DNA of 64,000 nt from Sminthopsis crassicaudata (GCF_048593235.1 NC_133623.1:1240001-1304000), one strand, 5' to 3'. Positions 31,223 through 43,200 are shown, counted from the stretch's first letter. Notes: generated from the letters alone by a model not told the origin. Numbers and translations: made by a program.

Positions 31223-33001
31223 ATGATGTCAACAAAAAGAAAAATTGACTTGGAGTGTAGGATATTCAGAGAACAGTGGACTTCTGATCACTTTTTCCTG
31301 CAGTACAAGGAAAGAGCTGTATGTCCGACATGCCAGAATATAGTGTCTGTGTTCCAAGAATATAATTTGTGTCGACACTATGAAACTCAACATAAAGGTA
31401 AATATGATTGTTTGGTCGGAGAAGTGAGAAAAGATAAAATATTAAAACTGAAAAATACATCGACAACTCAGCAAAATGTTTTTGTGAAGCAGAAGCAGCT
31501 AAATATTTCATCACTGCGAGCAAGTTTTCAAGTTGCCAAGCTAATAGCACGCACTGGCAGACCATTCGTGGAGGGAGAATTTGTTAAAGAAGGCCTTCTT
31601 TCTGTTGCCAAAGAGATGTGTCCAGAGATGGCCGATTTATTTAGTACAGTGAGTCTTTCAGGACCTACAGTTACATGGAGGACTGAAGACATGGGAGACA
31701 ATCTGCATCAGCATTTGCAAAACTCCACAAAAAAAATTTCATATTTTTCCTTGGCACTCGACGAAAGCAATGATGTTCGTGATTCTGCACAACTTCTCAT
31801 TTTTATTCGTGGGACGAATGATTATTTTGAAGTCATAGAAGAGCTTGCTGCACTGCAAAGGATCAAAGGAACAACTACAGGAGAGAACATCCATGAAAAG
31901 CTTTGACAAACTATGAAAGCTTTGGAGCTGGACTGCACTAAACTAGCCAGTGTGACAACTGATGGTGCCCCTAGCATGGCGGGGTCTAAGAAAGGAGTCA
32001 TGGCTCGCATTAACCAAGAGATGGACAAACATAACCATTCTCATCCAATAGCCATGCACCGCCTCATCCCCCAACAGGCGCTGTGTAGTAAATCCCTGAC
32101 GTGGGACTCTGTTACGAAAATTGTGGTATCTTGGGTTAACTTCATTAGAGCTAATGCAATAAATCACAGACAATTTCAGGAATTTCTGTCTGAGCTAAAT
32201 GCTGAGGATGAAGATGTTCTATATCACACAGAAGTCCGTTGGCTGAGTCGAGGAGAGTTTTGAAACGTTTCTATGACTTCCTTCCACAGCTTACAACTTT
32301 TCTGCTCTCAGAAAACAAAGAAGTAGCAGAGCTTAATGATGCAGAATGGAAATGGCACCTTGCCTCTCTGACAGATGTAACAGAGCTACTCAACAATTTC
32401 AATATGCAACTTCCAGGAAAGGGGAAGCTCATCTGTGACATGCAATCACATGTCAAAGCATTGGAAGTAAAGTTAGGCCTCCTCATCAAACAAGGGAAGG
32501 AGGAAAACTTCTGCATCTCCCCACAACTCAAAATTGCATTCCCAAACAAAACATGTGGATTCATTGGAAAAATTGCACAAGGAGTTCCAATTTAGATTTA
32601 AAGAGCTTCATCTCCATGAACGGGACATACAGCTTTTCTGTAACCCATTTTCTATTGACATTGAAAATGTGGATACAATTTACCAAATGGAACTGGCTAA
32701 ACTGCAGAATTGTGACTCTCTGAAAGACGCATTCAAGTCAAGCAGCCTTCATAATTTCTATACATCTCTCCCCTCTGAGACATATCCTTATCTCAGGAAC
32801 CATGCACTCAAAATGGCAGCCATCTCTGGCAGCACTTATGTCTGTGAACAGACTTTTTCTAGAATGCAACATTTGAAATCTCCAACCAGATCAAGACTAA
32901 CGGATGCACACTTGCATCACTCGTTATGACTAGCAGTGACAAATATGGAACCAGACATTGACCATCTCATTAGCCAAAAGCAGGCCCATAGTTCCCAATG
33001 A
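31223..33001 (+). pseudogene. hAT (Charlie/SPIN/GTF2IRD2-like) transposase, disrupted
   Basis: MMSTKRKIDLECRIFREQWT...CPTC...NLCRHYETQH (BED-like), ALDESNDV, TTDGAPSM, HTEVRWLSRG, STYVCEQTFS. Premature TGA at 31904-31906 and frameshifts near 32260 and 32530. Confidence 0.9.
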
Positions 33002-33228
33002 AACACTGGTAAGTTTGTTGATTTAACTTTACTTCATTTTAAATATTGTATTTGTTCCCATTTTGTTTCTTCACTTCAAAATAAAATATATGCAGCGTGC
33101 ATAGGAATTTGTTCATAGTTTTTGTTTTTACTATAGTCCGGCCCTCCAACAGTCCAAGGGACGGTGAACTGTTTAAAAAGTTTGAGGACCACTGATCTAG
33201 ACCACTCTAAAACTCATCATATTTATGG

Positions 33229-33300
33229 GTCCCTAACCGAGAGTCAAACCCCGGCCTCGGTGGTGAAAGTGCTGAATCCTAACCACTAGATCACCAGGGA
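33229..33300 (-). pseudogene. tRNA-Glu(TTC)-derived pseudogene
   Basis: Reverse complement TCCCTGGTGATCTAGTGGTTAGGATTCAGCACTTTCACCACCGAGGCCGGGGTTTGACTCTCGGTTAGGGAC. CpG-type transitions break the anticodon stem (CGGCG to CAGCA). Confidence 0.8.
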
Positions 33301-33762
33301 CCTAGACCATTCTAAACCTCATCAGCTTGGCACATGATCTCGGGGCCAGTTTGAAGTCTGTTCCTGGACAGGGCTACCACTTTCATTGCTTGGCAGGCCA
33401 TCACAGATAAGAGACATCTGGGCCTTAAAGATGCAATAACTGAAATACATCTTTGAGATTCATCCACCACTGTTTCTGTATGACGCATAGGAGTCATTTA
33501 AGAAGTAGCCCCTGTCTCACTTGAAGACATGACCCCTCTCCTTACTAAGGCAAACAAGGAATCCCCTTCTGTCCTGTCTTTCCCCCAAAATTGTCCCTGC
33601 TAGCTCCTTAACTCTCTCACAAATCTTCAATCTCTCCCTAGTTTAGCTGCTTCCAGGATGCTTGGAAACACCCTCATGTCTTCCCCATCCTTCAAAACCT
33701 TTCACTCAATCTGTCCATCTCTCCTCCTTTTGGTGGTCAAACTCCTTGAGAAAGCTAGCTAT

Positions 33763-35848
33763 TGATGATATGATGGTATACTTAGAGAACCCCAAAGACT
33801 CTGCTAAAAAGCTATTAGAAATAATTCAGAACTTTAGCAAAGTTGCAGGATACAAAATAAATCCACATAAACCCTCAGCATTTTTATATATTACCAACAA
33901 AATGCAACAGCAAGAGATACAAAGAGAAAATCCATTCAAAATAACTGTCGAGAGTATAAAATATTTGGGAATATATCTACCAAAGGAAAGTCAGGAATTA
34001 TATGAGCAAAATTACAAAACACTTGCCACAAAAATAAAGTCAGATTTAAATAATTGGAAAGACATTTAGTGCTCTTGGATAGGCCGAGCGAATATAATCA
34101 AGATGACAATACTCCCTAAACGAATCTATTTATTTAGTGCTATACCAATCAGACTCCCAAGAAACTATTTTAATGACCTAGAAAAAATAACAACAGAATT
34201 CATATGGAAGAATAAAAGGTCGAGAATTTCAAGGGAACTAATGAAGAAAAAAAATTAAATGAAGGTGGCCTAGCTGTACCTGATCTAAAACTATATTATG
34301 AAGCAGCTGACCCCAAAAGCATTTGGTATTGGCTAAGATATAGACTAGTTGATCGGTGGCATAGGTTAGGTTCATGGGGCAAGATAGTGAATAAAAATAG
34401 CAATCTAGTGTTTGACAAACCCAAAGATCCCAACTTTTGGGATAAGAATTCATTATTTGACAAAAACTGCTGGGAAAACTGGAAATTAGTATGGCAGAAA
34501 CTAGGCATGGACCCACATTTAACACCACATACTAAGATTAAATCAAAATGGGTCCATGATTTAGGCATAAAGAACGAAATCATAAATAAATTAGAGGAAC
34601 ATAGGATAGTTTACCTCTCAGACTTGTGGAGGAGGAAGGAATTTGTGTCCAAAGGAGAACTAGAGGTCATTATTGATCACAAAATAGAAAATTTTGATTA
34701 TATCAAATTAAAAAGCTTTTGTACACACAAAACTAATGCAAACAAGATTAGAAGGGAAGTAACAAATTGGGAAAACATTTTTACAGTTAAAGGTTCTGAT
34801 AAAGGCCTCATCTCCAAAATATACAGAGAATTGACTCTAATTCATAAGAAATCAAGCCATTCTCCAATGGATAAATGGTCAAAGGATATGAACAGACAAT
34901 TCTCAGATGATGAAATTGAAACTATTTCCACTTATATGAAAGTATTGCAAATCACTACTGATCAGAGAAATGCAAATGAAGACAACTCTGAGATACCACT
35001 ACACACCTATCAGATTGGCTAAGATGACAGGAACAAATAACGATGAATGTTGGAGGGGATGTGGGAAAACTGGGACACTGATACATTGTTGGTGGAGTTG
35101 TGAAAGAATCCAGCCATTCTGGAGAACAATCTGGAATTATGCCCAAAAAGTTATCAAACTGTGCATACCCTTTGATCCAGCAGTGCTACTACTGGGCTTA
35201 TATCCCAGAGAAATACTAAAGAGCGGAAAGGGACCTGTGGGTGCCAAAATGTTTGTGGCAGCTCTTTTTGTAGTGGCTAGAAACTGGAAAATGAATGGAT
35301 GCCCATCACTTGGAGAATGGTTGGGTAAATTGTGGTATATGAATGTTATGGAATATTATTGTTCTGTAAGAAATGACCAACAGGAGGAATACAGAGAGGC
35401 TTGGAGAGACTTACATCAACTGATGCTGAGTGAAATGACCAGAACCAGGAGACCATTATACACTTCAACAACAATTCTGTATGAAGACATATTCTGATGA
35501 AAGTGGATATTTTCAACATAAAGAATATCCAATTCAATTCCAGTTGACCAATGATGGACAGAATCAGCTGCACCCAGAGAAGGAACACTGGGAAATGAGT
35601 GTAAACTATGAGCACTTTTTGTTTTTCTCCCCAGGTTATTTTTACCTTCCGAATCCAATTCTTCCTTTGCAGCAACAACAACAACAACAAAATTCAGATC
35701 TGCACTAGGGGAGGGGGTGGAGGGAAGGAAGGGGGAAATTTGGAACAGAAGGGAGTGGAAGGGATAATGTTGTAAAAAAAAAAAATTACCTATGCATATG
35801 TACTGTCAAAAAATGTTATAATTATAAAATTAATTAAAAAAAAAAAAA
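33763..35848 (+). mobile_element. 5'-truncated L1 (ORF2 3' half, 3' UTR, poly-A)
   Basis: [55 protein letters not shown], with stops and frameshifts. Poly-A to about 35850. TSD AAAGCTAGCTAT (33751-33762) / AAAGCTGGCTAT (35849-35860). Confidence 0.93.
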
Positions 35849-36307
35849 AAAGCTGGCTATCTAACAGGCGCTTCCACTTGTCATCTCACTCTCTTCCTAA
35901 GTACATCAGCTGGCTTCCAACCTTTCAGCTGAAAGTAACAATTCTCCAAAATAAGCAGTGCATTTATCGTGGCTTTTTCTCCATCATCTTTGTTCTCTCT
36001 GCAGTCGTGTACACTTGGCCATCACCCTCTCCTGAAAATTCTCTCCATGACACTGCTCTCTCCTAGTTCTCCCCTTTCCTGCCTCTTTTATTGGCTCATC
36101 AGCCACGTGTCTCCAAGGCTGTACTAGATCTTTTCCCTCTATACTTTCTCACTTGGGGATATTTCATCAAGTCTGTGGATTCAATTGTCTCTCTTTTGAT
36201 GAATTTGAGATCTACTTATCCACCCCTAACCTCTCTCCTGACCTTCAGCTTCACACCTCAATCGTCTTTTAGACAGCTCAAACTGGATGTTGTAGGTCTT
36301 TAAACTC

Positions 36308-37780
36308 CACTAAAGTCTCTCATTGCTTACTCCTCTGTAAGCCATATAGGTTTAGTAATCATTGCAGCCCTTATGCAGTCCCCCCTTAGCTTTATTAGGA
36401 GCAAGTCTTAATAATTGCCCACGGACTTACCTCCTCAATACTATTCTGTCTAGCCAACCCTAATTACAAACGTGTTCGCAGCCGAACCTTAACCTTAACC
36501 CGAGGCTTCCAAACTGTACTTCCACTGATATGCCAGCCTAGCAAACCTAGCCAACCCCCCTCTATTAATCTGCCAGGCGAACTTATAGTTATTATAACCA
36601 CATTCGCCTGCTCTAACTTTTCCCTCATCCTCCTAGGTATTAATACAGTTATTACTGCCCTTTATTCACTCCACATACTAATCACTTCTCATCGAGGCAA
36701 AGTTACCCATCATGTAACCCCTATCAAACCAACCTTCACCTGAGAACACGTATTAATAGCACTACACCCTACTAATTATTTTCATGTCACCCAAATTCAT
36801 CTTAGGGCCCACATATTGCAAATATAGTTTAACAAAAACATTAGATTGTGAATCTAAATGTAGGAGTTCAAGTCTCCTTATATGCCCGAGAAAGTTACAA
36901 GAACTGCTAACTCTTGAGCCTGTGTCTAAGACCCATGGCTTTCTTACTTTTAAAGGATAATAGTCATCCATTGGTCTTAGGAACCCCAAACTTTGGTGTA
37001 ATTCCAAATAAAAGCAATTAATTATCTACTAAATCCTTCACTCCTATTATCCATTGCCATACTTGCTTTCCCCCTAATCTATAACTTGCTCTTCACACAC
37101 AAAATTAGCAACTTCCCCACACGATGTAAAAACACAACTCAACTCACCTTCTTTACTAGCCCCGTCCCACTCACCCTCTTCATCTTCTCAGAACAAGAAG
37201 CCACAATCACCAAGTGACAATGATTCTCAATAAACTCCTTCAATCTGACTACAAGGTTCAAACTAGACTACTTCTCCATTATCTTTATTCCTATTGCACC
37301 ATATGCCACATGATCCATCTCAACATGATATATAATGTCCACCGATTCTTTAAATACCTAATCACATTCCTATTTGCTATAATCATTCTCGTTTCTGCAA
37401 ACATCCTCTTTCAACTCTTTATCGGATAAGGAGTGGGGATATATCATTTATAGTTATCGGATGATGGTTCGGACGAACCGACGCAAACACCGCTGCCCTA
37501 CAAGCTGTTCTTTACAACCGAATTGGTGATAGTGAATTTATACTTATTTAACAGTAATTCTTGATCCTTATAACAAATATTGATACCTTGGCATTAAACG
37601 ACCGGTAAATCAGCCCAATTTGACCTTCACCCTTGCCTTCCCTCCCCCGTAGAAGGTCCAATCCCCCCCCCCATCAGCCCTACTCCATTCTAGCACAATC
37701 GTTGTAGCATCTGTCTTCCTCTTAATCCGTTTCAACCCTGTTAGAATATGTGACCAAACAGCTCTCACCATCCTATTCTT
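36308..37780 (+). pseudogene. NUMT: mitochondrial ND4 3' part, tRNA-His, tRNA-Ser(AGY), tRNA-Leu(CUN), ND5 5' part
   Basis: ND4-like [30 protein letters not shown]. mt tRNAs at about 36818-36886, 36888-36944, 36946-37016. ND5-like [30 protein letters not shown]. Many indels. Confidence 0.93.
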
Positions 37781-38223
37781 TCCCCTGAAGCCCTCCTTTC
37801 TTCCTAATTTCCCTGTTACTGTGGAGGGCACCACTATTCTTGTACTCACCCAGGCTTGCAATTTTATGTTATCGTCAACTCCTCATTTTTGGCAGTTTGT
37901 ACCTTTATCATCCATATGCATTGTGAAGAAAGGATTTGGGAAGTTCTCATGGAATCCCACAATCCCCTTTTTCGTGTGGTGGAAAGGAAAAGATTGTCTT
38001 TGGCCCCCGTTCCTGGCAGGGGCTTCTAAAGGGATGTTGGCCCCTGGGGATCCAGTCCCCCAATCTTTCTGAGACCCAGCGGTAACCAGGCTGGGAATGC
38101 ATCATCTTCCTTTATCATTGGTAAGGCTTGGTTTTGAAGTTTGGCCAGTAAGATGTCAGGATCATTGACCCTGGCAGTGATTATTCTATGGAGCAGAAGT
38201 GTCCAAAAAAAATTTTTTTTTAA

Positions 38224-38345
38224 AATGCAATTGGGAGCACCAGCCCTGATGTCAGGAGGACCTGAATTCAAATGTGGCCTCAGACACTTAACACTGCCTA
38301 GCTGTGTGTTCCTGGGCAAGTCACTTCACCCCAGTTGCCTCAGGG
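38224..38345 (+). mobile_element. Marsupial CORE-type SINE (WSINE/SINE1-like)
   Basis: GGAGGACCTGAATTCAAATGTGGCCTCAGACACTTAACACTGCCTAGCTGTGTG...GGGCAAGTCACTTCACCCC. Similar SINE/MIR copies at about 1072-1150, 3770-3870, 25270-25420(-), 26156-26232(-), 41460-41725, 45440-45630(-), 48330-48485(-), 50070-50160. Confidence 0.8.
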
Positions 38346-38649
38346 AAAACAGTGCAATTGGGAGCTATTTCAGCAAAATCAATAAGAATGCACTAGAACA
38401 AGAATGTAACCTTGACAACGTGCAGCCCCCTCTTCTTCGAGTCTGACAGGCGGCACCACTGCTCACATGATTCACTTCCCAGGTAGTCCCTGGGAAGCAA
38501 TGGCCAATAATATGTGCCAGCAACAGAATGGAAATCTCACTGACCCAAATGAGATTTCTGGGATCTCCGACCTGGAATTTAGTCCAGGTACAGGAAACTA
38601 GAGAGAAGTCTCGGCCTTTGTTTCCAACGGAGTCTGACAAAACCGCCGG

Positions 38650-39600
38650 ATACCCAGCTCGAGGCCCTCTGGACCCCTAAGGTCACCGGCTCGTTCTCGG
38701 GGCGGAAGACTCCCATCCTCGGGATCGCGGCTCTTACAGGAGCTCTGAGCCACTTCTGCCACTCGAGCCTGAGCATGCCAGGTGGCCGGCTGTTTAGGGG
38801 AGATGTCCCGAAAACACAGAACTGGTCGGGGAAGAGAGGAAGCGGCCCGTGCCGGGAGCTGCGGCGGGCTAGGCACGACATGGGGTAGGTGCTCCCATCT
38901 CTCCCCCTCCCCCCACCGGCGTCAGGAGGAGAGGAAAGGGGACACTTGGCAGAGCCCGGGCACAAAAAGGGCCGAAGACAAAAGCTCAGTTCCCGCCCTG
39001 CCTCGCGGGGCGGAGCCTCGAGGAACACGTGACGGGGCACCTCGCGTCTAGATCCCAGGCTTCAGGCTCCGCTCCCGCCCGGGCCTGGGCGGGCCAGAGC
39101 CTCGCGGACCACGTGATGGCAACCCTGGGCCCGCCCCTCGCCGGGCCCAGGCCGGACTTCGGGTAGGCCCCGCCCCTCCAGGCCGAGTCACCTGACCGAG
39201 CCGCCCGGGCTCACCACCTTGAGAGGCCTGAGTGCGCCTGCGCCGAATCGTTGCTAAGGAAGCTGCCTGCGGGACACCGGGCTGCCAGGAGGAGGTTGGA
39301 GGTGGCTCGGGCCGGGCCGGGCCGGGCCGAGGCCGGGGCCGGGCCGGGCCGGCCGGGGACGAGGCGGAGAGCTACGGGGGAGGAGGTGGGCGGGCCTCTT
39401 CCCTTTGGGGTGCACATCTGGGCCTGTCAGGGAGGCTCGCCGAGTCTTTAGGTAACAGACGGCAGCCTCGTGCTGGCCCCGGGCTGTGCACAGTAGCCGG
39501 GACCCTCTGGAGGCAGTGATCCCGAGCGGAGGCCGCCCCGGGATCCTCAGCAGCCCAAGAGCGGAGGGAGCCCCCAGCCCACGGGGATCCACCCTCCAGG
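38650..39600. promoter_or_regulatory. CpG island, probable CDK20 promoter with non-coding first exon
   Basis: CpG-dense. E-boxes CACGTG about 39025 and 39110, NRF1-like TGCGCCTGCGC 39232-39242, X-box-like GTTGCTAAGGAAGC 39250-39263. Acceptor-like ...TTATTCCACAAG ending 40262, 7 nt before the ATG. Confidence 0.65.
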
Positions 39601-40269
39601 ACACAGGCACACCAGGCGGCCTGGAGGAGCTGAGCCATAAGGGGGCTCTTAGGGCTGGGGGCTCCAGGGCTCCCCAAACCGACGGAGGAGAGGGCATGTG
39701 GCGGTCCTGGATTGGAGCCTGGAATGGTACTTGCCGAGGCCAAGAGGGCTTCCCGGAGGAGGTGGCATAAGCTCTCGCCTTTGAGGGGAAAGCCCCAAGG
39801 GGTGTGGGTGCCAAGCCATCTGTCTGGCTGGAGGAGGGGGCTCAAGTCCCTGAGGACTCCCTGGAAAAGGCTGTCCAAGCTCACAGTGAAAAGGTACCTG
39901 GTGAGAAGGGGGGCTGGGGGTGGGAGGGCGCATTTAGCAAGTGCGGGGTCTTCAGGGCTTTGTAGCTGATAAAGGGTCCCCGTGAAGGCTCTTAGCAAGC
40001 ACAGCCCCAGCAGAGGGGACGAGGTGGGGGCTGGGAAAGCTGGGGGAATTGAGGAGGCTCCAAGCTTCCAGACGGGGTGAGGGGCTGCTGGGGGGCTTTG
40101 GCTGGAGAAGGAAGAAAGACCCTGAGGGTTAGGGAGGGGGATGAGAGGGAAGGGAGACCCTTAGTGCTTCGGAGGAAGGATCCGAGGGAAGGGAAGCCCC
40201 AAGTGCTAGGGCAGCTGAAGGAAGCCTAGGCAGTCACTAGGCTCACTCCCTTATTCCACAAGCTGGACC

Positions 40270-43200
40270 ATGGACCAGTACAGCATCCTGGGCCGGATAG
40301 GTGAAGGGGCCCATGGCATCGTGTTCAAGGCCAAGCATGTGGAGGTAAGTGGGGACCAGGCTGATGCAGGAAGCAGGCAGCTGCCCTCGTAAAGAAATCC
40401 CTCCAGTGTGCCCCCACACCGTTCCCCCTTCTCCACTGCCCCGGCTGTCTTTGTAAGCGATCTGCCTCTTCGCCCTCACCTGCGTCCTCCGGTGCTCCTT
40501 TCCTTGCCTCCTTCACACTCCCCTTCTCCTTTCCCGTCCTTTGCTCTCTGGGCAGCGTCTCACTCTCATTCCCTCCCTTCAGTGTTTCGCGCCCCGTCTC
40601 CCACTAGGACCTCTTCCCTCCCTTCCCCTGCCCTTCCGTCGCCCCCTCTCCCTTTTGTTCCGTGGCTCCCTTTTCTCTGCGGGTCCCCTCGGCCCTCCTT
40701 CTCTCGGGGTTGGGGATTTCTGGGATCCAGCCCTCCTCCCCGTGCAGCTGACTCAGTGCCATCTCCGGCTGTCATCACTATCTTGGACAGTAGATCTGCA
40801 CCCTTTAACAGCTACTGGACAACACGCTTCTGGCTCCTGGATTCCCTCCGGGCCTCCAAAGAGCCTCTACAGGCAGAAAACGGACACTGGGGGCTTCCCA
40901 GCTCTCCCTGCCCTCGATTCTTCTGAACATCTTGCCCAACCTTGTCATGTCCACCTGATGGCATCTCTCCTTTCCCACTGCCCCCCAATGGGGCACGCGC
41001 TCGGGATCACTTCCTACCTGGACCTGCCCGCCCCCGGGCTTTCCCTCCTCCTCCAGGCCACCCTCCCTTCAGCCGGCAGAGCAGGTCTAACCAAATCGCC
41101 CTCCTGGCACACGTGGTTTCCCCTTACCTCCGGGATCAAATGTAAAACCCTCGGGCATTCCGCACCTTTCCCACAGCCCATCCCTCCTTCCTCTCAGGCC
41201 CAGGAAGGACTCAGCTTTGTCTGTCTCTGAGCCGCAGCCCAGCCTCCTCTAGGGTTGGTGCTCTGGCTCTCCCTCCTGCCTCCCTGGGGCCTTTCCTTAG
41301 CCCTCCAGGTGGCTCGCTACCCTTGAGGTGACTCCAGGCTCACTTGGTAGACATTTGCCAGCCACAAACCTAAAGAACCTAAGCTCGGAGAGGCCAGGGG
41401 TGAATCTGGTTTTATCTGAGTTGCACTGGGGGTCAGCATGATGCCACAACATGGGGTCATATGTGAAGCCCTTAGCAAATGCTTATTAAATGATCAGAGA
41501 TCTGGTTCCTTGGGATAATGGGGCTGGATCTGGAGTCATAAAGACCCATCTTGCTGAGTCCTAAATTGATCTCAGACATGTGACCCTGGCCAAGTCCCTT
41601 AACCCTGTCTGCCTCAGTTTCCTCATCTGTCAAATGAGCTGGAGAAGGAAATGGCAATCCACTGGAGAGTCTCTTCCAGGAAAACCCCCAGTGGGGTTGT
41701 GAAGATTAGAACATGACTGAAGCACAGGCACCCGGTTTCTCGGCCGTTCCGTTGCCCTACTTGCCTGCCTCAGACCCTACGTGTGGGGGTGTCTTTCTCT
41801 CCTAGACGGGGGAGACGGTGGCTCTGAAGAAGGTTGCCTTGCGACGGCTGGAGGACGGCATTCCCAACCAGGCCCTGCGGGAGATCAAGGCCCTCCAGGA
41901 GATTGAGGACAACCAGTATGTAAGTCACTTCCTCCACCTTCCTTCTGGCCCCGTTGACTCATCTGGAAACTGGGGGCTGGCCTTAGATTCATTCCAGGGC
42001 TAAGTCGGGCTCCTGGGATCACAGAACTCAAGAGAAAGCTCTTAAGTGGCTGTGAAGTGCCCTCCGACCTCAGCTTCTCGGGCCCCAAGGATGAGCCCCA
42101 AGCAGCATTGGCTCTTGGGGTTCCCTGTTCATTAGCATTAAGAGGGCAGGGGGCAGGAGAGCTTGGGTTTCATGTCTTCCTAAGTGTCCAGGAACCTGGA
42201 TCCTCATCTTGGAACCGAGTAGGAGAAACTAGCTGGGAAGGGAGGATCTCAAAGCACATTCTGGCCTGGTTTTTTATTCTGTAAAATGGCCTGGGGTGGG
42301 GGAGAGGGGTTGGCTTGAGTGTGCATTGGCCAGAGGCTCTCCTCACCTCCTCTCCTTTGCGTTGGAACCCTGGTGTCCCTTGTGTCCGTCTGGCCTCCGT
42401 CCTCAGATCTCTGAAGCTGCCCGGTACAATGGTCTTTTCGCCTGGGCCTCATTTCCCCCAATCTCCCAGAAGCCTTGGACACTGTGGATCACTCTCTCCT
42501 TGAAGATGAGATTCTTGTCCTCTTGCTCCTCTTCCTCCTCTTTCCTTCTTCCTCCTCCTCCTCCTGCCTTCTTCTTCTCTTTCTTTCCTTCTGTCTGCAT
42601 CTCTATCTTGCTCCCTCCTTCTCTCTATATCTTTCTTTCACTCTTTGCTTCTCTCTTTCCTTCTCTCAACATCTTTCTTTCTCTTTCCTTTTCTCTACAT
42701 CTGTCTCTCCTTCTTTCTCCCCTCTCTATAGTTCTCTTGCTCTCTCCTCTCTACATTTGTCTCTGTATTTCCTTCTCTTTCTTTTTCTCTACATCTTTTC
42801 TTCTCTGTACATTTCCCTTGCTCCCTCTTTCTCTCTACATCTCTCTTGCTCCTTCCTTCTCTATGTTGTTCCCTTCTCTCTACATCTCCTTCTCTCTATA
42901 TCTCTCTTGCTCTCCTCTCCACATCTCTTTCCTTCTTTCTCTTTCCTTTTCTCTACGTTTCTCTTACTCCCTTTTCTCTACATCTCTCTTGCTCCCTCCT
43001 TTACTCTACATCTCTTTTTCTTTTTCCTTTTTTCTACATCTTTCTTTTCTTCTCTTTCTCTTTCCTTCTCCCTACAGCTGTCTCTTGTTCTCTCCTCTCT
43101 CTTGTTTCCTCCTTCTCTCTACATCTCTCTTTCTTCTTCCTCTCTTTCTCTCCTCTTTGCATCTCTGTCCTTCTTTCTACAGTTCTCTCCTTCTCCCTCC

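Larger units (their letters stand above)
30035..33194 (+). mobile_element. Full-length hAT DNA transposon, OC1/OposCharlie1-type, 3160 bp
   Basis: TIRs CAGGGGTCCTCAAACT (30035-30050) and AGTTTGAGGACCACTG (33179-33194), 1 mismatch. 8-bp TSD ATCGAGAC (30027-30034) / ATCTAGAC (33195-33202). Internal transposase. Confidence 0.92.
33560..37890 (+). mobile_element. L2 LINE split into three pieces (about 33560-33762, 35849-36307, 37780-37890) by an L1 and a NUMT
   Basis: Collinear L2-like text resumes after each insert (...AAACTCCTTGAGAAAGCTA|...GCTATCTAACAGG...CACTT; ...CTTTAAACTC|...TTTCCCCTGAAGCCCTCC...CTTCCTAATTTCCC). Confidence 0.6.

Noticed and set aside
33229-33300. Functional tRNA-Glu(TTC) gene
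   Set aside because: Anticodon stem broken by CpG transitions and no oligo-T terminator; treated as a pseudogene.
36818-37016. Three tRNA genes (His, Ser, Leu)
   Set aside because: Mitochondrial-type tRNAs inside a decayed NUMT, not functional nuclear tRNAs.
38531-38558. 9-bp perfect hairpin GAAATCTCA-N10-TGAGATTTC
   Set aside because: Short enough to occur by chance in 64 kb; no ncRNA context.
38579-39040. 153-aa minus-strand ORF divergent from CDK20
   Set aside because: No recognisable homology; typical CpG-island ORF. Only the possibility of a divergent transcript is kept.
22300-40200. PCSK1N or ERAS expected after TIMM17B from human synteny
   Set aside because: No proSAAS-like or Ras-like peptide seen in any frame; they may lie outside the window or in the gap.
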